This document shows, piece by piece, positions 7,170 through 17,967 of a stretch of DNA of 24,000 bases. The translations under genes were made by a program, and so were the position numbers. The notes below the pieces were generated by a model. It saw only the letters and a program-made list of their open reading frames with translations. It was not told where the DNA came from and did not search any database. This DNA is from Marinilactibacillus piezotolerans (GTDB taxonomy: Bacteria; Bacillota; Bacilli; Lactobacillales; Carnobacteriaceae_A), in the NCBI RefSeq assembly GCF_900114235.1, contig NZ_FOSJ01000026.1:1-24000 (forward strand), in the 5' to 3' direction. Within the stretch, counting starts at the first letter, position 1; each line of letters opens with the position of its first letter.

Positions 7170-7964
7170 ATGGAAAATAACAGATTGAATTTGATTTACA
7201 AGTTGAATCATATTGCCAATGAGTTAGAAGTCGGAACTGTAGAATATGAATTAGCAAGATTTTTCTTAGAGAACTTTAAAAGCGTTAACAAATGGAATAT
7301 CTATCAAATTGCAGAAGACAATAATGTATCAAGGGCATCAGTTCGCAGATTCGCTAAGCAACTAGGCTATGCAAACTTTTCAGATATGAAAGCTCATGTT
7401 CAGGAGTTTGATGACGGGATCAATGATTTTCAACAATTCTATGGGGTAGAGGGCTTCTTAGATGTATTAGTCTCAAACATTCAGGCTTTGATGAAAGAGC
7501 TGAGTATCCGAATGAATACGCAGGAAGTGGATCGATTAAATAAACTCATCAATGAAAATAAAGAAGTCATTATTTTCACTTCCAGTAATATCGCAGGTTT
7601 AGTGAAGACATTTCAGCAGCGAATGATTATTTTTGGTAAGAGAATTACTTTGTTGACTGAGCTGGATGATTTGAAAAAATTTAAAAATGTGAAAGAAAAA
7701 CCACTGATTATTGTCGTTTCAATTTCTGGACTTTTGCTTTCAACGATCCTATCCGAACTCAGAGAGATCAATGCTACAAAAATATTATTTACAAACAATC
7801 GTAACCCGATTTACAATCAGGATTTCGACAAACTTTATCATTTGAGTTCGCAGCATCATGAAAGTGATATAAACGATTTGCTTTATTACACCTATGGAAT
7901 CAATTTTGTATTAGATCTGTTATTCAATGGATATTTAATGAAGTATAAAAGGGAAGGAATTTAA
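7170..7964 (+). CDS. MurR/RpiR-family transcriptional regulator (HTH_6 + SIS domain)
   Basis: The N-terminal HTH VSRASVRRFAKQLGYANFSDMK is typical of RpiR. The C-terminal region is SIS-like (EVIIFTSSNIAG…LIIVVSISG). I prefer ATG 7170 (SD GGGGAG 11 nt upstream) to the track start at 7131. Confidence 0.8.
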   Translation: MENNRLNLIYKLNHIANELEVGTVEYELARFFLENFKSVNKWNIYQIAEDNNVSRASVRRFAKQLGYANFSDMKAHVQEFDDGINDFQQFYGVEGFLDVLVSNIQALMKELSIRMNTQEVDRLNKLINENKEVIIFTSSNIAGLVKTFQQRMIIFGKRITLLTELDDLKKFKNVKEKPLIIVVSISGLLLSTILSELREINATKILFTNNRNPIYNQDFDKLYHLSSQHHESDINDLLYYTYGINFVLDLLFNGYLMKYKREGI

Positions 7965-7966
7965 TT

Positions 7967-9424
7967 ATGCATTATAAAGAGAATCCTACATTTCCAAAAG
8001 ATTTTTTATGGGGCGCTTCAAGCGCTGCCTGGCAAGTTGAAGGAGCAGTAGCAGAGGACGGACGTGCTCCGGCAATTATTGATTTAAATAGTAAAAAGAA
8101 AAAACCGTACGCTGATAATTCAATTGCTTCAGATCATTACCATTTTTATAAAGAAGATGTGCAATTGATGAAAGAAGCTGGATTCACTTCGTATAGATTC
8201 TCTATTGCTTGGCCTAGAATTTATCCAGATAACTCAGGTGTGCCCAATCAATTGGGAATCGACTTTTACAATAATCTAATCGATGAATTGATCGATAATG
8301 GTATTACACCAATTGTCACTTTATATCATTATGATATGCCAGTTTGGGTCGATAAAGAATTTAACGGGTGGTATGACCGTGGAATCATAGATGCGTTTGA
8401 TCAGTATGTTAGAACGTGTTTCAACGAATTTGGGGACCGCGTTAAGTATTGGCTAGCGATCAACGAACAGAATATGCAAATCGTCTATGGTGACTGGTTA
8501 GGTGTCTGTAAATACCCAGAAACCTGGTTCAAAGATAAATGGAAAGTAAACCATATCATGAATCTATGTCACTCAAAAGCGGTTATTGCTTGTCATGAAT
8601 TGGTAGAAGGCGGAAAGATCGGTCCTGTTCCGGGAATGGTTCCTTTCTATCCAGAATCTGCTAATCCCCAGGACCAAATTGCCGCAATGAATGCGGAAGA
8701 ATTGACTGAAAAAATCTGGAACGACTTCAATGCAAACCGAGAATATAACGGCTTCATTAAACGTTACTGGAAAGAACATGACATTGATCCAGATATTCGC
8801 CCTGGGGATATGGAATTAGTTGCGCAGGCAGAAATTGATTTCTTTGGAATCAACTGTTACAGAAGTAACGTAGCCAAAGCTTCTCCAGCGGATTCTGAGT
8901 ATCAGGAAATCGGCTTGAATAAATCAGGTGAAAAGGGTAATTTCGTTTATCCAAACTATCCAGGAATCTTTGAACAAACGAATAATCCATTTGTTGAAAC
9001 AACTGACTGGGATTGGGAAATTGACCCAGTAGCGATGCGTTATCTTTTAAGATATATGGAAGATCACTATCACTTGCCAATGGTTATTACAGAAAACGGC
9101 TATGGAGCGCATGAAACATTAGGGGAAGATGGGAAAGTTCATGACGAAGAACGAATCAAATTCCTTAAAGAAAACATTTATCAAATTGGACTAGCCATCG
9201 AAGATGGAGCAAAAGTTTTCGGCTATAATCCTTGGTCATTCACAGACTTATTAAGTACAGGGAACGGAATGGCTAAACGATACGGATTAGTTTATATCAA
9301 TACAACAGATGAAGATGTACTGGACTTGAAACGAATCAAGAAGGATTCATACTACTGGTATAAAGAAGTCATCGCTTCTAATGGCGCAAAAGTAAGTGAA
9401 GAAACAATTGATTTTTCAGAATGA
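7967..9424 (+). CDS. Glycoside hydrolase family 1, 6-phospho-beta-glucosidase
   Basis: 485 aa. GH1 signatures are present: FLWGASSAAWQVEG, TLYHYDMP, acid/base INEQN, nucleophile ITENG, and C-terminal NPWSFTDLLS…KRYGLVYI, which is typical of phospho-beta-glucosidases. Confidence 0.9.
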   Translation: MHYKENPTFPKDFLWGASSAAWQVEGAVAEDGRAPAIIDLNSKKKKPYADNSIASDHYHFYKEDVQLMKEAGFTSYRFSIAWPRIYPDNSGVPNQLGIDFYNNLIDELIDNGITPIVTLYHYDMPVWVDKEFNGWYDRGIIDAFDQYVRTCFNEFGDRVKYWLAINEQNMQIVYGDWLGVCKYPETWFKDKWKVNHIMNLCHSKAVIACHELVEGGKIGPVPGMVPFYPESANPQDQIAAMNAEELTEKIWNDFNANREYNGFIKRYWKEHDIDPDIRPGDMELVAQAEIDFFGINCYRSNVAKASPADSEYQEIGLNKSGEKGNFVYPNYPGIFEQTNNPFVETTDWDWEIDPVAMRYLLRYMEDHYHLPMVITENGYGAHETLGEDGKVHDEERIKFLKENIYQIGLAIEDGAKVFGYNPWSFTDLLSTGNGMAKRYGLVYINTTDEDVLDLKRIKKDSYYWYKEVIASNGAKVSEETIDFSE

Positions 9425-9506
9425 TTATAGAAAACTGTAATGTAATTTAAAATAAAGTATGGCAGTTAAGTGTAAAAACATTTAGCTGCTGTGCTGATCG
9501 CTTATA

Positions 9507-9520
9507 TGTAAACGATTACT
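9507..9520. promoter_or_regulatory. Candidate CcpA catabolite-responsive element (cre)
   Basis: TGTAAACGATTACT matches the cre consensus TGWAANCGNTNWCA at most positions but ends CT rather than CA. It lies about 20 nt upstream of the PTS gene SD. Confidence 0.4.
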
Positions 9521-9530
9521 TTGAGGGTGA

Positions 9531-11381
<1,851 letters not shown>

Positions 11382-11739
11382 TTAAAAATGACTACTCTAT
11401 TAGCTAAAAAAATTTTTAGCTGTTCTAGTATATCTATTTTTATGGGATTTAAAGTAGTAGGATTCCAATGTAAGATGCAGCATCTATTAGTTTAGTAATA
11501 TCTTTCTTTAAAACAGACCATGAGAATAGTTGAATTAGTCATTGCCGAAAAGAATGTCATTTTTAGAAGAATACAATGGCTAAAAGAAATTAAAAAATAG
11601 CTATAAAGGAATATAAAATAACAGAGGCATACCATGAGTAATCAATAATTTAGAAAAGAAAATATATTTAGAAAGCAGGATTTGATTTTACAAGTTTTTT
11701 TCGATACAAAGTTGCATTTAATGATACAATCCAAAAATT

Positions 11740-11788
11740 AAAAAAGGATACTTTATCTCATTCATTTCAAGATAAAGTATCCTTTTTT
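11740..11788. terminator. Strong bidirectional rho-independent terminator-like hairpin
   Basis: AAAAAAGGATACTTTATC (11740-11757) pairs perfectly with GATAAAGTATCCTTTTTT (11771-11788) across a 13-nt loop. The A-run upstream and T-run downstream allow function in both orientations. Confidence 0.7.
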
Positions 11789-11995
11789 GTATCCACTATT
11801 CTTAGACAGGTTGATGATAGATATAATTATAATAATCTGTAGGCAGCTCGCTTGGAATGTACTCCATTATTCATTTATGTAATCACTAATGATACTAAGT
11901 AATTTTAAGAGATGGAGGGAGGACACAGTAAACCAATTAAATTGCTATACTCAGTTACCAAATAAAAGGCTGTTATCCTTTAACTAAATAAGAGA

Positions 11996-12013
11996 TCTCC
12001 ACTCAGTTGCCAG
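11996..12013. repeat. 18-bp direct repeat, copy 1 (TCTCCACTCAGTTGCCAG)
   Basis: Identical to 12048-12065. A degenerate third copy, ACTCAGTTACCAA, lies around 11950-11962. Confidence 0.8.
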
Positions 12014-12047
12014 ATATGGAAATGTTATCAATCAACTTGACTAGGTT

Positions 12048-12065
12048 TCTCCACTCAGTTGCCAG
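12048..12065. repeat. 18-bp direct repeat, copy 2 (TCTCCACTCAGTTGCCAG)
   Basis: A perfect copy of 11996-12013, offset by 52 bp, in non-coding DNA just 3' of the minus-strand diguanylate cyclase gene. Confidence 0.8.
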
Positions 12066-12127
12066 GCAAGAAGCGCTGCTCTCTCCTTTCAGCAATGTTT
12101 CTATCCTAAGCTGCAAAATCAATTCTA

Positions 12128-13993
12128 TTATCTAAATGGTTTCCCACTTTTCTTAACACGATACATTGCGCTATCCGCTTTGCTCAGTAACTCTGTGAGA
12201 GTTGTTCCATCTGTTGGGTAGTAAGCGAACCCTATGCTGGATGTGCAATGTATTTCTATATCATTGACTGAATAAGGTTCGTTCAATAACTTAGAAAGGG
12301 CAGCGATTTCTTCTTGGACATTATATTCAGCGATTTCTTTGATTAAAATAGTAAACTCATCGCCACCCATTCGTGCAGATAAAGCAGTACTATCAGCATA
12401 GATTTTGATTCTATCTGCTAAGGCAGACAAAAGAATGTCTCCAGCTTCATGACCATAATGATCATTGATTTCTTTAAATTTATCTACATCTACAAATAAT
12501 ATGGCAAAGGTTAGATTTTCTTCTTTAGCCTGTTTTAATAGATGAGTTAGTTTTTCTTCAAATAGCCTTCTGTTGCCTAGCCCCGTTAAATAATCATGGT
12601 AAGCATAAAAGTGGATTTTCTCCTCATTTAACTTCTTTTCCGTAATATCTCTACCAATTCCAAAACTACCTACTAATTTATTTTTGACAAGTATAGGGAT
12701 ATGAGTCATATCAATATTCAAGTCACTTCCATCTTTGTTTTTCAAAGTAAATTCATGACTGCTGGGAACTTCATTTTTGGTTGTGGATAATTGTTCATTC
12801 TGATTAGCTGTATAATGCTGTTCAATGAAATCTGCAATAGGGAAGCCATTCAAAGCATTTGGATCATCTCCAATCAATGTGGCACCCACAGAGTTCATAC
12901 TCTCTATTTTTCCTTGTAAATCAAAAGAAAATACAGAATCAGGGTGATATTCAAAAAGAGATCGGTACCGTTCTTCGCTTACTGCTAATTCTTCTGTTTT
13001 CTGATAGTACTGTTTTACTAATTTTCGGTTTTCAGAAATAACAACGAATTGTCTCAAAAGTACAAAAGTGATAGACAAACCGGATCCTACGCTTATCATA
13101 TCCAGGCCATTAGATTTTGTAATCATGAAAAAGAACAAGAAAATAACCAGTAAATAAGGAAGGATAAGTTGCCAAATAGATAGTGAGTAATTATCCAGCT
13201 TTTCTATTTCTATAGCAGTTTTTCTTTCAGATTCTCTTCCGATAAGAGCAGTATAGCCAATTAACAATTCCGGTAAAATAAATAACGGATCGATCCATTT
13301 GCCGGAAAAATAAATCCCTTGAGCAATTTCAAAAAAATGAATAGAGCCAGAAAAGATTTGTATGCTTAATCCAATCAGAATGTAATTCAACACTCGTTTT
13401 GAAAAAAATTCTTCTCCTCCAAAGTAAAAAGCAGAGACACACAGTAATAATAAAATATCTATAATAGGATAATAGAGATTAACAGATAAAGATAGTAAAG
13501 AAACATTTCCTTGCTCAATAAACGGTTCCAGAATATAATACCAGCTGAATGTTATGGAAACAGTCATCACGACGCCAATATCAAAAATAAACTTAGTGAA
13601 CATAGCTTTATTGGCTTGTCTCCATATAATAAAGACAAAAGCAAACAGACAAAATAGAACAGAAGCCATATAGAAAATTTCATATAAACTTAGTGAAGGA
13701 GAGGGAACAATAAGGATGGTTTCACTATAAAATGAAAAAATTTCTCCTATCAAATAACTAAATGTACTTAAAAATAATAACAGCCAATACACTTTATTGA
13801 TTTTTAATTTGCTTTTTCTGTATGCGCTCAGTAACCACATACTGGGAATGAAGGTACCGATTATCGAAAAAACATTGCCCCCTGAGATGCGCAGATATTC
13901 ATTATCCTGCCATATCAGTAACCATAAAAAATAAAATAAAATGAAACCTGTTAAGGCTATTAACCAAATTTTATTTTCTTTTTTTATTTTCAT
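12128..13993 (-). CDS. Membrane sensor diguanylate cyclase (multi-TM N-terminal domain, PAS, GGDEF)
   Basis: 621 aa with SD AAGGAG 7 nt upstream of the ATG. The first ~310 aa contain about 9-10 hydrophobic helices. A PAS-like segment follows (ERYRSLFEYHPDSVFSFDLQGKI…). The GGDEF domain carries an intact RMGGDEF active site and YHDYLTGLGNRR. Confidence 0.85.
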   Translation of the reverse strand: MKIKKENKIWLIALTGFILFYFLWLLIWQDNEYLRISGGNVFSIIGTFIPSMWLLSAYRKSKLKINKVYWLLLFLSTFSYLIGEIFSFYSETILIVPSPSLSLYEIFYMASVLFCLFAFVFIIWRQANKAMFTKFIFDIGVVMTVSITFSWYYILEPFIEQGNVSLLSLSVNLYYPIIDILLLLCVSAFYFGGEEFFSKRVLNYILIGLSIQIFSGSIHFFEIAQGIYFSGKWIDPLFILPELLIGYTALIGRESERKTAIEIEKLDNYSLSIWQLILPYLLVIFLFFFMITKSNGLDMISVGSGLSITFVLLRQFVVISENRKLVKQYYQKTEELAVSEERYRSLFEYHPDSVFSFDLQGKIESMNSVGATLIGDDPNALNGFPIADFIEQHYTANQNEQLSTTKNEVPSSHEFTLKNKDGSDLNIDMTHIPILVKNKLVGSFGIGRDITEKKLNEEKIHFYAYHDYLTGLGNRRLFEEKLTHLLKQAKEENLTFAILFVDVDKFKEINDHYGHEAGDILLSALADRIKIYADSTALSARMGGDEFTILIKEIAEYNVQEEIAALSKLLNEPYSVNDIEIHCTSSIGFAYYPTDGTTLTELLSKADSAMYRVKKSGKPFR

Positions 13994-14212
13994 GCTATAA
14001 CTCCTTAAATTTACTCTTATAACGGGTTGTAGGGGCTCTTTATTAAATCAACTAATTATATCCTTATTTATTATCGTATTCATTATTCAGCAAATAAGTG
14101 TTTGTTAACAATTATAACATGTATTTCAAAATCTATATACTTTCATAGTAGCTTGAAAAGTTCTAAAGAATAGTCCAAATTGAAAATTCTATGAAAAGTC
14201 GTAAATAATTCA

Positions 14213-14241
14213 TTGACAAATATTTTGAGTAAGAATAATAT
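14213..14241 (+). promoter_or_regulatory. Sigma-A promoter of the ABC exporter operon
   Basis: -35 TTGACA (14213-14218), a 17-nt spacer and -10 TAATAT (14236-14241), about 75 nt upstream of the start codon. Confidence 0.65.
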
Positions 14242-14262
14242 AGTTAGCACGGTAACTATATT
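14237..14262. promoter_or_regulatory. Palindromic operator overlapping the -10 box and start site (probable repressor site)
   Basis: Perfect 10-bp inverted repeat: AATATAGTTA (14237-14246), spacer GCACGG, TAACTATATT (14253-14262). It shares the AGTTA/TAACT half-sites with the palindrome upstream of the MarR gene. Confidence 0.55.
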
Positions 14263-14316
14263 TGAGTAAGTAGATAAACACATTAAAGTTAGCTTGCTTA
14301 CTAAGTGGAGGGCATT

Positions 14317-16080
14317 ATGTTTAAATTGTTAAGAAAAACCAATCTAAAAGAAAGAATAGCACTGGTATTCAGTATTCTTTTTATAGTCGTTCAAGTGTGG
14401 CTGGAGTTGAAGATTCCTGATTATTTATCAGAGATTACTACTAAGCTGCAAATAGAAGAAACAACGGTGTCTGATATTATGGCTCCCGGATCAATCATGG
14501 TTTCACTTTCTTTGTTAAGTTTGGTTGCTTCTATTATCGTAGGATTTATTGCAGCAAGAGTTGCAGCAAGTCTAACGAAGAAAATCCGTGGAGAAGTATT
14601 TCGTAGTGTAATGGACTATACACCCGGAGAGATAAAACAGTTTTCTATTCCAAGTTTAATTACAAGAACGACTAATGATATTACTCAAATTCAACTAGTC
14701 ATAGCAATAGGATTGCAAGTTATTATCAAAGGTCCGATAACAGCTATTTGGGCAGTTACGAAAATCGCTGATAAAAGCTGGCAGTGGACAACATCTACAG
14801 GAGTCGCTGTTATTGTATTGTTGATTATGCTGAGTTGTATTTTAGTTTTTGTTCGACCAAAGTTTATAAAAATTCAGTCACTCACTGATAAATTGAATGG
14901 TCTTACTCGAGAAACACTGCAAGGAACTCGAGTTGTGAGAGCGTATAATGCAGAAGACTATCAAAATGATAAATTTCTGAATGCAAATGAAGAATTGACA
15001 TCCGTAAACTTATTTACCAGTCGTATGCTAGCTATATTAAACCCCGGTATGACAATTATCTCAAGTGGGTTGACATTAGCCGTATACTGGATTGGGGCAC
15101 ATTTGATTCAATCAGCGGGTATGCCAGATAAAATCACTCTTTTTAGTGACATGGTAGTCTTCTCTTCTTATGCCATGCAAGTGGTATTAGGATTCATGTT
15201 GATGACGATCGTGTTTATTATTTTGCCCAGAGCATTAGCGTCTGCAAACCGGATCAACGAAGTACTTGATTTAGCGCCATCTATTGATTTTGTAAAAGAA
15301 AGTCAATTCAGCTCAAAAGAAAAAGGAAGTATCGAATTTAAAAATGTAACATTTTCCTATCCTAATGCAGCTGAACCAGTCATTGAAGATGTTAGTTTTA
15401 CTGCCAAAGCAGGAGATACTGTAGCATTTATTGGCTCAACGGGTAGTGGTAAAAGTACTGTTATAAGTCTGATTCCTCGCTTCTATGATGTTACTGAAGG
15501 GGAAATCTTAATTGATGGAAATAATATCCAGTCATATAGCCACGAAGATCTGAACAATAAGATTGGTTATATTCCACAAAACCCATTCTTATTCAGTGGG
15601 ACTATTCGGTCTAATATGAATTTTGGAAAGAGCTGGTCAGATCTGAACCAGGATTCACAAATTTATTCAGCTCTAGCCTTAGCTGAAGCAGAAGAATTTG
15701 TACTTCAAAAAGAAGAACAACTGGATAGTCATGTTGCTCAATCTGGAACGAATTTTTCTGGTGGTCAGAAACAAAGACTTTCAATTGCAAGAGCGATTGC
15801 TCGAAAATCAGAAATATTAATATTTGATGATTCATTTTCTGCCTTAGATTATAAAACCGATAAGAAACTGAGAAATAATCTATCAGAAAATATGGCAGAC
15901 ACAACAAAATTAATTGTAGCACAAAGAATTAGTACCATTATGGATGCAGACCAGATTCTTGTGTTGGATGAAGGTAAAGTAGTGGGTCAAGGAACACATA
16001 AAGAACTCCTTGAAAGCAATCAGGTTTATCAAGAAATTGCTTACTCTCAATTATCAAAGGAGGAGCTGAATAATGGATAA
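14317..16080 (+). CDS. ABC exporter permease/ATPase, degenerate-site subunit of a heterodimeric multidrug-type exporter
   Basis: An N-terminal 6-TM type I exporter domain is followed by an NBD. Walker A is GSTGSGKST, signature FSGGQ, Walker B ILIFDDSFSALD (Asp replaces the catalytic Glu), and the switch is VAQRIST (Gln replaces His). I prefer ATG 14317 (SD GGAGG) to the track start at 14305. Confidence 0.88.
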   Translation: MFKLLRKTNLKERIALVFSILFIVVQVWLELKIPDYLSEITTKLQIEETTVSDIMAPGSIMVSLSLLSLVASIIVGFIAARVAASLTKKIRGEVFRSVMDYTPGEIKQFSIPSLITRTTNDITQIQLVIAIGLQVIIKGPITAIWAVTKIADKSWQWTTSTGVAVIVLLIMLSCILVFVRPKFIKIQSLTDKLNGLTRETLQGTRVVRAYNAEDYQNDKFLNANEELTSVNLFTSRMLAILNPGMTIISSGLTLAVYWIGAHLIQSAGMPDKITLFSDMVVFSSYAMQVVLGFMLMTIVFIILPRALASANRINEVLDLAPSIDFVKESQFSSKEKGSIEFKNVTFSYPNAAEPVIEDVSFTAKAGDTVAFIGSTGSGKSTVISLIPRFYDVTEGEILIDGNNIQSYSHEDLNNKIGYIPQNPFLFSGTIRSNMNFGKSWSDLNQDSQIYSALALAEAEEFVLQKEEQLDSHVAQSGTNFSGGQKQRLSIARAIARKSEILIFDDSFSALDYKTDKKLRNNLSENMADTTKLIVAQRISTIMDADQILVLDEGKVVGQGTHKELLESNQVYQEIAYSQLSKEELNNG

Positions 16081-17857
16081 TTCATCAAAAGGAAATAATA
16101 GTCAAGGAAGTTCGTATAGTTTCAAAGATATTTTAAGTAACGTAAATCAGTATGCTGGTCAATATAAGCTGCCGTTTTTACTTTCTGTCATCTTCGCTGC
16201 ATTCGGAAGTGTAGCCACCATCATTGGTCCAGACAAGTTAAAAGAAATTACTAACTTAATTACAGAAGGTATAGCAACAGGAATTGACCTAGAGCAAATC
16301 AACCGTATTGCAATAACGTTAGTAATTTTATATCTTATAGGAAGCAGTCTTTTATATGCCCAGGGATTTATTGTAGCAACGGTTACACAGAAATTTTCTA
16401 AGCGATTGAGAAAAGAAATATCAGTCAAAATAAATAAATTGCCGTTGAGATACTTTGACTCTCATAGCCAAGGAGATGTTTTAAGTCGGGTTACAAATGA
16501 CCTTGATACAGTGGGTCAGTCATTGAATCAGAGTTTAGGAACTTTAGTCAGTTCTATAACCCTTTTCTTCGGATGTCTGTTTATGATGTTTAAAACGAAT
16601 GTAATCATGAGCTTTTCTGCTATCGGATCAGTGCTGATTGGGTTTTTACTAATGACTTTAATCATGAAAAAATCTCAAGTTTATTTTAAAGGACAACAAA
16701 GCAAATTAGCTAAAGTAAATGGATTTGTGGAAGAAGCTTACTCAGGACACAACACGATTTATTCATACAATGCTAAAAAGGATACGATAGATGAATTTGC
16801 TGATTTGAATACTGATTTATATACGAGTGTCTGGAAATCTCAGTTCTTATCAGGTTTGATGCAGCCATTGATGGTTTTTATTGGGAACTTTGGCTATGTC
16901 GTTGTCTGTGTGGTTGGAGCAGTTTTGGTAATCAATGATTCGATTACTTTTGGTGTAATCGTTGCATTTACAGTATATGTTCGTTTATTTTCTCAACCAC
17001 TCGGTCAAATGGCTCAAGCGTTTTCCGGATTACAAAGAGCTCAGGCAGCTATGGGTAGAGTCTTTGAATTTCTAAGTGAGAATGAAATGCAAGATGAAGT
17101 TAATAAAACACAGCAGCTCAATCAGAAAACACAAGGATACGTTGAATTTGATCATGTAAGTTTTGGGTATAATGAAGGTCAGACGATTATTGATGACTTT
17201 TCTACTACAGCCCTGCCAGGTCAAAAAATTGCAATAGTAGGTCCTACAGGTGCAGGTAAAACTACCATAGTCAATTTGCTAATGAAGTTTTATGAAGTTA
17301 ATGAAGGTAGAATTCTAATTGATCATATTGATATATCAGATATGACTAGAGATGAAGTGCATGATCAGTTTTGTATGGTACTTCAAGATACATGGCTCTT
17401 TGAAGGTACAGTTAAAGAAAATCTGATTTATAACCAAAAAAATGTATCAGACGAAAAAGTAGTTGAAGCAGCTACTGCAGTAGGCATTGATCATTTTATC
17501 AAAACTTTGCCAAATGGCTATGATACTGTACTGGATGATAGAGTCTCATTATCTGTTGGTCAGAAACAATTATTGACGATAGCCAGAGCATTAGTGAAAG
17601 ATTCTCCAATGCTGATTCTTGACGAAGCAACGAGTTCAGTTGATACAAGAACAGAAGAATTAATTCAAGCAGCCATGGATAAACTGATGGAAGGTAGAAC
17701 AAGCTTTGTGATTGCTCACCGTTTGTCAACTATTCAAAATGCCGATACCATTCTGGTTATGAAAGATGGCGCTATTATTGAAAGTGGAGATCATGAAACA
17801 TTAATGAACGACCAAGGATTCTACTCAGATCTTTATAATAGTCAGTTTGAAAAATAA
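16073..17857 (+). CDS. ABC exporter permease/ATPase, consensus-site subunit of the heterodimer
   Basis: It overlaps the upstream gene by 8 nt (ATGGATAA), with SD AGGAGGAG. Walker A is GPTGAGKTT, Walker B LILDEATSSVD, the switch VIAHRLSTI, and the signature is non-canonical LSVGQ. Confidence 0.88.
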   Translation: MDNSSKGNNSQGSSYSFKDILSNVNQYAGQYKLPFLLSVIFAAFGSVATIIGPDKLKEITNLITEGIATGIDLEQINRIAITLVILYLIGSSLLYAQGFIVATVTQKFSKRLRKEISVKINKLPLRYFDSHSQGDVLSRVTNDLDTVGQSLNQSLGTLVSSITLFFGCLFMMFKTNVIMSFSAIGSVLIGFLLMTLIMKKSQVYFKGQQSKLAKVNGFVEEAYSGHNTIYSYNAKKDTIDEFADLNTDLYTSVWKSQFLSGLMQPLMVFIGNFGYVVVCVVGAVLVINDSITFGVIVAFTVYVRLFSQPLGQMAQAFSGLQRAQAAMGRVFEFLSENEMQDEVNKTQQLNQKTQGYVEFDHVSFGYNEGQTIIDDFSTTALPGQKIAIVGPTGAGKTTIVNLLMKFYEVNEGRILIDHIDISDMTRDEVHDQFCMVLQDTWLFEGTVKENLIYNQKNVSDEKVVEAATAVGIDHFIKTLPNGYDTVLDDRVSLSVGQKQLLTIARALVKDSPMLILDEATSSVDTRTEELIQAAMDKLMEGRTSFVIAHRLSTIQNADTILVMKDGAIIESGDHETLMNDQGFYSDLYNSQFEK

Positions 17858-17967
17858 ATCGGTAATAATTGAACAGTTATATGTGATGCGGGTCATAGAA
17901 ACAGGAACCTCTAATTTCCAGCTTCTTGCTAATAGAGCTGTAACTAGGACACAAACAGTGAATCTAA

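Noticed and set aside
7613-9080. Minus-strand ORFs 7613-7798, 8573-8779 and 8850-9080
   Set aside because: They lie entirely inside the RpiR and GH1 coding regions on the opposite strand, and I recognise no motif in them. They are shadow ORFs.
11600-11950. Type I toxin-antitoxin (Fst/par-like) around the bidirectional hairpin and direct repeats
   Set aside because: The layout of a bidirectional terminator plus nearby direct repeats is reminiscent of such a locus. However, translating both strands gave only short, non-hydrophobic peptides (for example MEGGHSKPIKLLYSVTK and MNNGVHSKRAAYRLL). There is no Fst-like membrane peptide.
11948-12065. Possible CRISPR array or CRISPR remnant
   Set aside because: There are only two perfect 18-bp copies plus one degenerate copy. 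The repeat is too short, the spacing is irregular, the repeat has no internal palindrome, and no cas genes are in the window.
12859-13041. 60-aa plus-strand ORF inside the diguanylate cyclase gene
   Set aside because: It is antisense to a gene with an intact PAS-GGDEF frame and is barely above the length cut-off.
15611-17729. Minus-strand ORFs 15611-15922, 16159-16428 and 17499-17729
   Set aside because: They are antisense to the two ABC exporter genes, with no start context or motifs.
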